Assembly (NCBI GenBank): GCA_964424705.1
Contig: CAYRKB010000001.1
Span: forward strand, 22,575-86,574
Direction: 5' to 3'
Source of the DNA: an uncultured Victivallales bacterium
Lineage (GTDB): Bacteria > Verrucomicrobiota > Kiritimatiellia > UBA8416 > CAYRKB01
DNA length: 64,000 nucleotides
Positions 37,532-45,764 of this stretch are shown one piece after another; position 1 is the first letter of the stretch; every line of letters starts with the position of its first letter. The notes beneath the pieces are model-generated. The model made no database searches. It saw nothing but the letters and a program-made list of their open reading frames with translations, and was not told the DNA's origin. The position numbers and the translations under genes were made by a program.

Positions 37532-38281
37532 ATGAGCGAGGACGTTAAACATATTGTTCTGCGAGCCGTTGACGTGAAGCGCTACTATCACGGTGAGGAC
37601 GGCTCGGTCACGAAGGCGCTGGACGGCGTGACCCTCGACGTGGTCCGCGGCGAGTATCTTTCCATCATGGGCCCGTCGGGATCCGGGAAGTCCACCCTGT
37701 TCAACATGATCGGCGGAATCGACTGTCCGACCGAGGGCATGGTGTTTATCGACGAGATCGACATGGCCCAACTCGACGCCTACGAGCTGGCTTGGATGCG
37801 ATGCTACAAGATCGGCTATATATTCCAGAGCTACAACATTCTGCCCACCCTGAGCGCGCTGGAAAACACCACGCTGCCGATGCTTTTTGCGGGGCTCAGC
37901 CCGGGCGACGCCCGGGACAAGGCGGCGGAGATCCTGAAGATGGTGGGGCTGGGCGAGCGGCTGTTTCACCGGCCCTACGAGCTTTCCGGCGGCCAGCAGC
38001 AGCGCGTGGCCGTCGCGCGCGCGATCGCCAATGACCCGGTCATCATCCTTGCAGACGAGCCTACGGCCAACCTTGACACCAAGACCGGCGCGGAGATTAT
38101 CGACCTGCTCAACCGCCTGCGCAAGGAGCGCAACATCACGATCATTTCCGCGACGCATGACATGAAGATGCTCGACGTGTCCGACCGGATCCTGTGGATT
38201 CGCGACGGGCGGGTCGACCGGCTGGAGAAGCGGAAGGATTTGAATATCACGGTGGGCACCATCGGCGCGGCGGATCACTAG
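37532..38281 (+). CDS. ABC transporter ATP-binding protein (LolD/MacB-ATPase/FtsE-like), ATPase 1
   Basis: Walker A GPSGSGKST, the Q-loop, the signature LSGGQQQRVAVARA, Walker B ILADEPT and an H-loop are present. Confidence 0.9.
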   Translation: MSEDVKHIVLRAVDVKRYYHGEDGSVTKALDGVTLDVVRGEYLSIMGPSGSGKSTLFNMIGGIDCPTEGMVFIDEIDMAQLDAYELAWMRCYKIGYIFQSYNILPTLSALENTTLPMLFAGLSPGDARDKAAEILKMVGLGERLFHRPYELSGGQQQRVAVARAIANDPVIILADEPTANLDTKTGAEIIDLLNRLRKERNITIISATHDMKMLDVSDRILWIRDGRVDRLEKRKDLNITVGTIGAADH

Positions 38282-38299
38282 CGGCGACCGGGGCGTAAT

Positions 38300-38974
38300 T
38301 TGCAGGAAAGGGCGGACGTGGAAGCAGGCAACATACCCGAACAGATACGGCTGAGCTGGGCGATCGCCTTCCAGGTGAGCCTGGCTGGCCTGCGCCGGCG
38401 CTTCGGGCGGTCGATGATCACGATGTCGGGCGTGGTCCTTGCCATTGCCTTCCTGGCCTACATGCTTTCTTCGGAGAGCATCATCAAATCCCTGATTCAG
38501 CTCGATGACGATCAGCTCAACATCCGGCTCCAGGAGATGGGTGTAAACATTTTCCGCGGCGGCGGCACGGATCCCATGACCTACCTGCTGCTGGGGCTGA
38601 CGCTTCTGACCTGCACCGTCGGCATCACGAATTCCATGCTCATGGCCGTCACGGAGCGAACCCGAGAGATCGGGACGCTGAAGTGCCTGGGCGCCAGCGA
38701 TGACTTCATTCTCAAGACCTACTTCATCGAGTCCTCGCTCCACGGGGTCTGCGGGGCCGTGTTGGGCATGGTCATCGGGCTGCTCGTTGCCATCGGGGTG
38801 AACTGGATCAACTATGGCCACCAGGCGCTGTTCGCGCTGCCCCTGGTCGGCCTGCTCAGAGCCCTGGTCATATCCCTTGTCATGGGCGGCCTGATGACGG
38901 TCACCGCATCGCTGTTCCCCGCCTATGTGGCGGCGCGGAAGCAGCCCGTGGAAGCCTTGAGGGTGGAGGAATAG
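38300..38974 (+). CDS. minimal FtsX-domain ABC permease (4 TM, no large periplasmic domain)
   Basis: TM1 is MITMSGVVLAIAFLAYML and only ~45 aa lie before TM2. The C-terminal FtsX 3-TM bundle ends ...FPAYVAARKQPVEALRVEE. The track start is TTG at 38300; GTG at 38318 with a GGAAAGGG RBS is likely. Confidence 0.75.
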   Translation: MQERADVEAGNIPEQIRLSWAIAFQVSLAGLRRRFGRSMITMSGVVLAIAFLAYMLSSESIIKSLIQLDDDQLNIRLQEMGVNIFRGGGTDPMTYLLLGLTLLTCTVGITNSMLMAVTERTREIGTLKCLGASDDFILKTYFIESSLHGVCGAVLGMVIGLLVAIGVNWINYGHQALFALPLVGLLRALVISLVMGGLMTVTASLFPAYVAARKQPVEALRVEE

Positions 38975-39711
38975 TGAGCGACGCCATCATTACCATTCGC
39001 GGGGTCTCGAAGGTGTACCGGAAGGGCGAGGAGGAGGTCCACGCGCTCCGCGGGGTGACCCTCGACATCCAGAAGGGCCAGTACGTGTCGATCATGGGGC
39101 CGTCCGGGTCGGGGAAGTCCACGCTCTTCAATATCATCGGCGGGCTCGACACCCCGACTTCGGGGGACGTGCTGGTGGAAGGCCACAAGCTCGACCAGCT
39201 GAACTCGTCGCAGCTCTCGTGGTTCCGCTGTCACAAGATTGGCTTCATCTTCCAGTCGTTCAACCTCGTCCCCACGATGACCGCGCTGGAGAACGTTGCC
39301 ATCGCGCGCACCTTTGCGGGCGCGTCGCCGTCCGAGGCCCGGCGCGATGCGGCCGCGGTGCTCGAGAGCGTCGGCCTGGGCCATCGGCTGGACCACCTTC
39401 CGTCGCAGGTGTCGGGCGGGCAGCAGCAGCGCATTGCCATCGCGCGGGCCCTGGTGAACAAGCCTCTCATCATTCTGGCGGACGAGCCGACCGGGAACCT
39501 GGATCTCAAGACGGGCGAGGAAATCATCAACCTGCTGTCCGCGATGAAGAAGGACCTGGGGATCACGATCGTGACGGCCACGCACGATATGAAGATGCTG
39601 TCCCGCTCTGATTTTGTCATCCGGATCGACAGCGGCGCGATTGAGAGCATCACGGCGAAGAAGGACCTGAAGATCGTTGTGGGGTCGATTGACGGCAAGA
39701 CGGTGCTCTGA
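38974..39711 (+). CDS. ABC transporter ATP-binding protein (LolD/MacB-ATPase-like), ATPase 2
   Basis: Walker A GPSGSGKST and the signature LSGGQQQRIAIARA are present. It is ~55% identical to ATPase 1. Its start overlaps the permease stop. Confidence 0.9.
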   Translation: MSDAIITIRGVSKVYRKGEEEVHALRGVTLDIQKGQYVSIMGPSGSGKSTLFNIIGGLDTPTSGDVLVEGHKLDQLNSSQLSWFRCHKIGFIFQSFNLVPTMTALENVAIARTFAGASPSEARRDAAAVLESVGLGHRLDHLPSQVSGGQQQRIAIARALVNKPLIILADEPTGNLDLKTGEEIINLLSAMKKDLGITIVTATHDMKMLSRSDFVIRIDSGAIESITAKKDLKIVVGSIDGKTVL

Positions 39712-39718
39712 GGCCGGG

Positions 39719-40066
39719 ATGAATAAAATTGATCGGAGAAGCTCCCTCGCGGGAGTTCCGGTGATGCTGGATGGCGTTGCGGCGGAGCATAAGCCGGATG
39801 GGGCGATGGCCCTGCGGGTGAGGATCGGGCGCGGCGCGGGTTTTCTTGAGCGGTTCCGGCCTGCGGTGACGGAGCGGACGTACGAGCTGGACCGGTTCGG
39901 CGGGTTCGTGGTGGACGAGATTGACGGCAAAAGGAATGTGCTGAGCATCATTGACGCGTTTCAGGAGAGATTCAGGATGTCGCGCCGTGAGTCGGAGCTT
40001 GGCGTGGTGGCGTTTCTGAAGATTCTCTTAAAGAGAAACCTGATCGCGATTGTGGCGAAAGATTGA
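39719..40066 (+). CDS. PqqD-like protein (RiPP-recognition-element / peptide-chaperone fold)
   Basis: The segment ...RTYELDRFGGFVVDEIDGKRNVLSIIDAFQERFRMSRRESELGVVAFLKILLKRNLI fits the PqqD family pattern (YxLD..G..vW..iDG.rtv.eI...l...f.....a..dv..Fl..L...gLI). The ATG at 39719 follows the ATPase 2 stop. The track ORF starts at 39677. Confidence 0.6.
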   Translation: MNKIDRRSSLAGVPVMLDGVAAEHKPDGAMALRVRIGRGAGFLERFRPAVTERTYELDRFGGFVVDEIDGKRNVLSIIDAFQERFRMSRRESELGVVAFLKILLKRNLIAIVAKD

Positions 40067-40096
40067 CGCAGCGCGGGCTGTGCTGAAACAAGCGAG

Positions 40097-43000
40097 TTGT
40101 CCGTGACGATTATGAATGTGATGCGGTCTGAGGCCGGAAAGCGAGCGGGGCGGGGTCTGTCGAGGCCCGCGCTGAACATGGCCTGCGCTGTGGTGCTGGC
40201 TCTAACGGCGTTGGTTTCCCTCGGCCAGGAGGTCCCTGCGGCGCCTTCCGCGGAGGCCCGCGCCATGATTTCCGAGATGCGCGAGCTCTTCGGGTCGGCC
40301 GGGTCGATGGCGCCGGGGCAGCCGGGCAACATGGCTCTGGAGGCCGAGGTGGCCCGTCGCTTCGCAAAGAGCGGCTTCGCCACGGGATCGATTCCCTTCA
40401 GCGCGCCGGTCTTTGTGCCGGGCCGGACCGTTCTCACGCGGACCAACGAAGCCCCGGTGACTCTGTACACGATGCATCCCACGATGTACCGGCCGGGCAA
40501 TTTCGCCGAATCCGAGTTTGCGGCCGACCTGGTGTATCTAGGGAAGGGCGAGTATGAGGACCTGGCGCGGGTCAAGGGCTCGCAGCTGGAGGGCGCCATC
40601 GCGTTGATGGACTTCAACTGCGGCGCCCGGTGGCGGGACCTGCTGCGGTTCGGCGTGAGCGGCTTTGTCTTCATCGGCGCGCCGTCCTACGAGTATGCCG
40701 ATTCCTACTCGAAGGTGTACAACACCGAGGTCTCCGTGCCGCGCTTCTTCGCTGAGGCGGAGTCCGGCGGGAAGCTGAAGGCCGCCTGCCTTGCCGCCGA
40801 AAAGGACGCGTTCGCAATCCGGGTCGACGTCCAGTCCGAGCCGTCGCGATTCCAGCCGGGAGAGCTGAAGGACCTCTGGGTTCTTGTCCCCGGAAGCGAT
40901 CCTGAGCTGGGCAAGGAGATCGTGCTGTTCACGGCGCGGATGGACGCCAATAGCGTGGTGCCGGAGCTGGCGACCGGCGGCCAGGCCGCGATCAACCCGT
41001 ACCTCATGCTCAAGATGCTGGAAGATTTCACGGCGAAGCCGCCGAAGCGATCCGTGCTGCTCGTTGCGGTGAACGCGCACACGCAGGCGCACTTGGGCGA
41101 GCGCATCCTCGCGTGGCACCTGCTGGCGGATAGCAATGATGCCGCGAAGCTCCGCGGCGAGATGGCCCGCGAAATGAGGGTCGCGCGCCTGTACAGCGAG
41201 AACTACGGGCTGCTCAAGCTGGCCCCGGTGTCGCTCGACCAGGGCAGGCTTTTTGCCGCGGTCGAAATCCTTACCCAGCTTGACCTCAAGCGGCAGGCGC
41301 AGCGCAAGGCGCAGCGGGACGCGGCGAAAGACGGGGTGCCAGCGCTTGAAGCGACGCCAGCCGCCACGAACGCAAATGCCGAGATTTCCGAGGTCGATAC
41401 GAACGACGTGCTCGACCTCGCGGTCTTTGAGGAGCGGGACTATCGCGAAGCCATCGAGCGGGGCGTCAAGGCCGCGCGGGAGGAGGAGAAAGGCAGCTTT
41501 TTCTCGCGGCGCATGCGCGATGAGAAGATGGACCTGGCGCTCGCGCAGGAGCGGCAATGGCTCGAAAGCATGGAAGGCATGCCCTACGCCGAGATCCTGG
41601 AGATGGCGCAGCTGGCCAAGCCGGTGTTTGACGACGAAAAACTGTTCGAAAGCTGGCGGATTGACCTCGATTCATCGAGCGGGCAGCGCCTTTCCGTCAA
41701 GAAGGAAATTCAAACTGCGGCAATGAAGACCAAGAACGCGCTGCTGCAGGAGCGGATCCGCGCGACCCGGGACAAGCAGCTGAGCGAGGCCGAGCGAAGC
41801 GCGCGCCTGGCCGACGTGGAGCAGCGGAGGGTGGACGCAACCCGCGTGCTCGTGATGTTCAACAAGATCGACTTCGGCATCGGCCGGCGGAAAGTGCGCT
41901 ACAGGGACATTGCGGCGAACGAGGCGCAGCGCACGCTGCTCAAGCGGTACCGGGACGAGCTCACGGAGAAGTTCTCCTTCTGGCAGCGCCACCATCGGGG
42001 CCGGCTGGAGGCCGATGCCGCCGGGGATTCGGTCCGCGATCAGCTCGGGGGCGGGAAGGTTGTCCTCGCGCTGACCTTGGAGATGACAGCCAACAGCGGG
42101 AAGCTTGCTTTTTCCGCGAGCTGCCCGGGCTTCGAGCCGTCGTGGCAGAAGAACTTCGGCCAATTTGTCTCCGGGATTGTTGGCAATCTCTCCTCCAACC
42201 GTGCAGACCGGTGGACCCCCTACGTGGATTCGCTGAACCCCGTGCCGGGTCTGCAGCAGGTGGACCTGCTCTATTCAACGGACTCGGCCGTGCGGTACTT
42301 TGTCGCGGCGAAGAACGGAGTCCAGGGCTGCGGCACCCCGGCCCTGGCCCTCAAGAATGCGCTGGCCGGCAAGGGGCGGGTCTTCAGCCCGGGGGACACG
42401 CTGGAAGCGCTTGATGCGCAGCAGATCTTCGACCAGCAGGCGTGGCTGCGCGAGTTCCTGCCGGCGCTTCTGAACGATCCGAAGATGACCGCCCGCGAGA
42501 ACCTGGACGTTACGCTGGTGGGGCATGGCGCCACGTTCGACACGAGCCGGGGCCTGTGGTCCACGCTTCTCGGGACGTTCGCCATGGAGGAGATGACCGC
42601 GAACATTGTGCCGGAGAAGGCCCTGCCGGGCTGCATGGTCGTGCTTTACAGCAAAGCGGATCCTACGGCCGCGGCGAACTTCCTGTTGGATGGCGACGTC
42701 GTCAACTGCTATGCGGCGATGAGCGATATTACCGGGAAGGCTGTGGTCTACGGAATCGCCGAGGGCGGCGGCATGGCGCCGCTGGCCTACCAGATGGATA
42801 AGAACTGGCGCCAGGTGGTGGAAGCGCTGGACAAGGGCCGCATCCAGACCACCATGCAAATGGACAGCAACATCGCCCGCGACCCCGCCAAGACGCTGCC
42901 CATGTTCCCGTGCCGCGAGTTCCCGATCTTGGACAGGGTGGACCCGACGCTGGTGGGAACTGAACCGATTACCGTCGCGACCATCTGGCCGAAGATAGGA

Positions 43001-45625
43001 AGCAGCAAGTCGGATCCCGCGAAGTACGGGGTGCACGGCTTCTTCCTGCCGAACAGCGTCTGGTCGCACGCTGCGTCCGGCCCCGGCGCGGTCTACCTGA
43101 ACCGGAAAGACGGTGCGGCGGCTCAGGAATCCCTGATGGTCATCACGGAAAAGAAGCGCTGTTCGATCAATGCCACCCCTGAGAAGCCGGAGGGCACCGG
43201 CTACGCCACCGCCGGGGAGCTTGGGTCCGACCTTTTCGCGCACACGGCGGAGGACATGGATTCGCTGAACGGGTTCCGGAGAAATCGGCTCAAGGGCGTT
43301 GCCAACTCGCTTGTCGAGCGGTTCATCGGGGAGGGGAAGAAATCGCTCCAGGCCATGGATGTTGCGCGGCGAGCCAAGGACCACGGGGCGTTTCTGCAGG
43401 CGAACTACCGGGCGCTGGGAAGCGAGATCAAGGCGTACCTGCAACTCAGCGCCATGAATGCCGACATGCTGAAGGCCATCATCCTGTACATGGCCCTGAT
43501 GCTGCCTTTCTGCTTCTTCATCCAGAAGCTGCTTTTCGATTTCGACCTGCTGCAGCATGAGCTGCTCGCGTTCTCGGGATGCTTCGTCGCGATGTACAGC
43601 CTTTTCCGCGTGATCCACCCCGCCTTCACCGTTGCGGAAACGCCGGAGGCGATCTTCATTGCGTTCGTTCTAGGGGCGATCGGGCTCTTCGTCACCATGA
43701 TCATGCATTCCCGGTTCAAGTCGGACATGCAGATGATTTTCGGGAAGGTCGGCGGCATAGGTGACGACGCGGCCTATGGCACGGTCGGCACGACGGCCAT
43801 GATGGTGGGAATTCACAACATGCGGCGCAGGCGGGTGCGCACGGTGCTGACCACCTCGACCGTGATGCTCGTGATCTTCACGATGCTGACGTTCTCCAGC
43901 GTTTCGCAGCGGCTGGACCCCACGCTGATCAGGAAGGCGTCGGATGCGCCGTATACCGGGCTCTTCTTCCACTGGCCCGGCGGGAAGAATATGGACCAGG
44001 ATACGGTCAACGTCCTGCGAAACATCTTCTCGGACCGGGCGGATGTTGTTGTGAGGCGGACGATGGCGCTCACGGGCGCTTGGCCGATCGAGCCGGTGGG
44101 CGGCGGGCGGAGCGAGAGCGCCACGAATCTTATTCACGGCATCAAGAGCCTTGTCGGGCTGCCGTCGAACGATAGGGTGTTTGCCATGTCGCGACCCCTG
44201 GTTGCGGGCCGCCATTTCTCCGCCGATGATGCGAGCGAGATCATTCTGCCGGCGAAGGCCGCGGAGGCCATGAATTTGTCCGTGGCGGACGTGGGCCGGA
44301 CCACGCTGCGCTTTCATGGCGCGGACCTTGCGCTGGTGGGCATTGCGGACGACCAGCGCCTGCGCCTCGTCCGCGACATGAATCCCAATCTGCCGTTTCT
44401 GCCGTTTCTTGCGAATCAGGCGATGGGCGGTCCGAAGAAGGATCCCGAGTCGCTCGAGATCGCGGAGGATGACGTGAGCGCGATCGTGGCCGACACGGCC
44501 TCGCTGGTGCTGCTCCCCGCGACGGTGGCGAAGAACTGCGGCGCGCTCCCGCACAGCGTTTCCGTCCGCTTCCTTGATGAAGTGGTGGCGGGCCCCGGCT
44601 TTCACCTGTGGGAGGAGATGGACCGCCTGCTGACGATTACGCACGCCCGGTTCTACATCGGCAGCGAGAGCGCGTTCAAGGCCAACTCGGAGGCCGAGCG
44701 TGTCACGCAGGCGGGCATCTATTTCGTGAACAGTAACTACCGGACGTCCATCGGCGGGCTTGCGCGGCTTATCATTCCGCTGCTGATTGCCGGCCTGATC
44801 ATTCTCAACACGATGCTGGGCACGGTCTACGAGCGCAAGTCCGAGATCGCCATTTACAACGCCATCGGCCTGAACCCGACGCACATCTTCATGTTCTTTC
44901 TGGCGGAGGCGTTCGTGTACAGCTTCATCGGGTCCGTGGGCGGGTATCTCATCGGGCAGAGCCTGGCGATGACGCTGCAGCATTTTCACCTGATCCGGGA
45001 CATCGGCGTCAACTTCTCGTCGCTGATGGTGGTGTATGCCATCCTGTTCACCATTGGCCTGGTGCTTCTCTCCACGATCTACCCGGCCTACGTGGCGACG
45101 CGCACGGCGGTGCCCTCCGGAAAGCGGCGCTGGTCCATGCCGGCGCATGACGGCCACACGATGGACGTGGCGTTCCCCTTCATTTACGAGGGCAGCCTTT
45201 CTTCCGGCGTGATGTACTACATTTACGAGGACTTCCTCGCGTGCACGGAGAAGTCGCTCGGCAGCGTGATCGCCACGTTCGAGAGCAAGGCCGTTACCAC
45301 GGACGCCGAGGGAATGCCGGTGTACGCGCTGACGTATTCGATCGGGCTTGCGCCCTTTGACCTGGGCGTTACCCAGCGGGTGAAGTTCGTGGCGCGCTAT
45401 GAGAAGCGCGTGAGCAGTTACCGCCTGTCCGTCTCCATCGAGCACCTGTCCGGGCTGGACTCGAACTGGGTGAGCTTGAACCGCACGTTCCTGGAGCGCA
45501 TGCGGAAGTTTCTCATGGTGTGGCGCAATATGCCGCCGGCGATGTACGGGTGGTATTCGGATTGTGGAAAGAAGTTGTATCTGGACCAGCCGCTGCCGAC
45601 AAAGCCGGAGAGGGCTGTTCAGTAG
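40097..45625 (+). CDS. 1842-aa fusion: signal anchor + PA/M28-peptidase-like ectodomain + long charged/coiled linker + MacB/FtsX-type ABC permease
   Basis: The N-terminus ...MACAVVLALTALVSLG leads into M28/PA-like blocks (EGAIALMDFNCG...; LFTARMDANSVVPELATGGQAAIN; VAVNAHTQAHLGER). A MacB-like TM1 (RVRTVLTTSTVMLVIFTMLTFSSVSQRLDP) is followed by a ~300-aa periplasmic domain, then FtsX TM2-4 (...IAIYNAIGLNPTHIFMFFLAEAFVYSFIGS...). The start codon is uncertain: TTG 40097, GTG 40103 or ATG 40112. Confidence 0.75.
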   Translation: MSVTIMNVMRSEAGKRAGRGLSRPALNMACAVVLALTALVSLGQEVPAAPSAEARAMISEMRELFGSAGSMAPGQPGNMALEAEVARRFAKSGFATGSIPFSAPVFVPGRTVLTRTNEAPVTLYTMHPTMYRPGNFAESEFAADLVYLGKGEYEDLARVKGSQLEGAIALMDFNCGARWRDLLRFGVSGFVFIGAPSYEYADSYSKVYNTEVSVPRFFAEAESGGKLKAACLAAEKDAFAIRVDVQSEPSRFQPGELKDLWVLVPGSDPELGKEIVLFTARMDANSVVPELATGGQAAINPYLMLKMLEDFTAKPPKRSVLLVAVNAHTQAHLGERILAWHLLADSNDAAKLRGEMAREMRVARLYSENYGLLKLAPVSLDQGRLFAAVEILTQLDLKRQAQRKAQRDAAKDGVPALEATPAATNANAEISEVDTNDVLDLAVFEERDYREAIERGVKAAREEEKGSFFSRRMRDEKMDLALAQERQWLESMEGMPYAEILEMAQLAKPVFDDEKLFESWRIDLDSSSGQRLSVKKEIQTAAMKTKNALLQERIRATRDKQLSEAERSARLADVEQRRVDATRVLVMFNKIDFGIGRRKVRYRDIAANEAQRTLLKRYRDELTEKFSFWQRHHRGRLEADAAGDSVRDQLGGGKVVLALTLEMTANSGKLAFSASCPGFEPSWQKNFGQFVSGIVGNLSSNRADRWTPYVDSLNPVPGLQQVDLLYSTDSAVRYFVAAKNGVQGCGTPALALKNALAGKGRVFSPGDTLEALDAQQIFDQQAWLREFLPALLNDPKMTARENLDVTLVGHGATFDTSRGLWSTLLGTFAMEEMTANIVPEKALPGCMVVLYSKADPTAAANFLLDGDVVNCYAAMSDITGKAVVYGIAEGGGMAPLAYQMDKNWRQVVEALDKGRIQTTMQMDSNIARDPAKTLPMFPCREFPILDRVDPTLVGTEPITVATIWPKIGSSKSDPAKYGVHGFFLPNSVWSHAASGPGAVYLNRKDGAAAQESLMVITEKKRCSINATPEKPEGTGYATAGELGSDLFAHTAEDMDSLNGFRRNRLKGVANSLVERFIGEGKKSLQAMDVARRAKDHGAFLQANYRALGSEIKAYLQLSAMNADMLKAIILYMALMLPFCFFIQKLLFDFDLLQHELLAFSGCFVAMYSLFRVIHPAFTVAETPEAIFIAFVLGAIGLFVTMIMHSRFKSDMQMIFGKVGGIGDDAAYGTVGTTAMMVGIHNMRRRRVRTVLTTSTVMLVIFTMLTFSSVSQRLDPTLIRKASDAPYTGLFFHWPGGKNMDQDTVNVLRNIFSDRADVVVRRTMALTGAWPIEPVGGGRSESATNLIHGIKSLVGLPSNDRVFAMSRPLVAGRHFSADDASEIILPAKAAEAMNLSVADVGRTTLRFHGADLALVGIADDQRLRLVRDMNPNLPFLPFLANQAMGGPKKDPESLEIAEDDVSAIVADTASLVLLPATVAKNCGALPHSVSVRFLDEVVAGPGFHLWEEMDRLLTITHARFYIGSESAFKANSEAERVTQAGIYFVNSNYRTSIGGLARLIIPLLIAGLIILNTMLGTVYERKSEIAIYNAIGLNPTHIFMFFLAEAFVYSFIGSVGGYLIGQSLAMTLQHFHLIRDIGVNFSSLMVVYAILFTIGLVLLSTIYPAYVATRTAVPSGKRRWSMPAHDGHTMDVAFPFIYEGSLSSGVMYYIYEDFLACTEKSLGSVIATFESKAVTTDAEGMPVYALTYSIGLAPFDLGVTQRVKFVARYEKRVSSYRLSVSIEHLSGLDSNWVSLNRTFLERMRKFLMVWRNMPPAMYGWYSDCGKKLYLDQPLPTKPERAVQ

Positions 45626-45764
45626 TCGGTGATCCGTGGCCGGTGATCAGTAACGAGTGGCGGAAGATTGGGAGTCAGGATGAAGAGGACAGGGGTATAT
45701 TCGAGGTCCATTCTGGATACTGACTACTGGATTCTGTCTTCTGCTTACGTAAGAGGAGGTCTCT

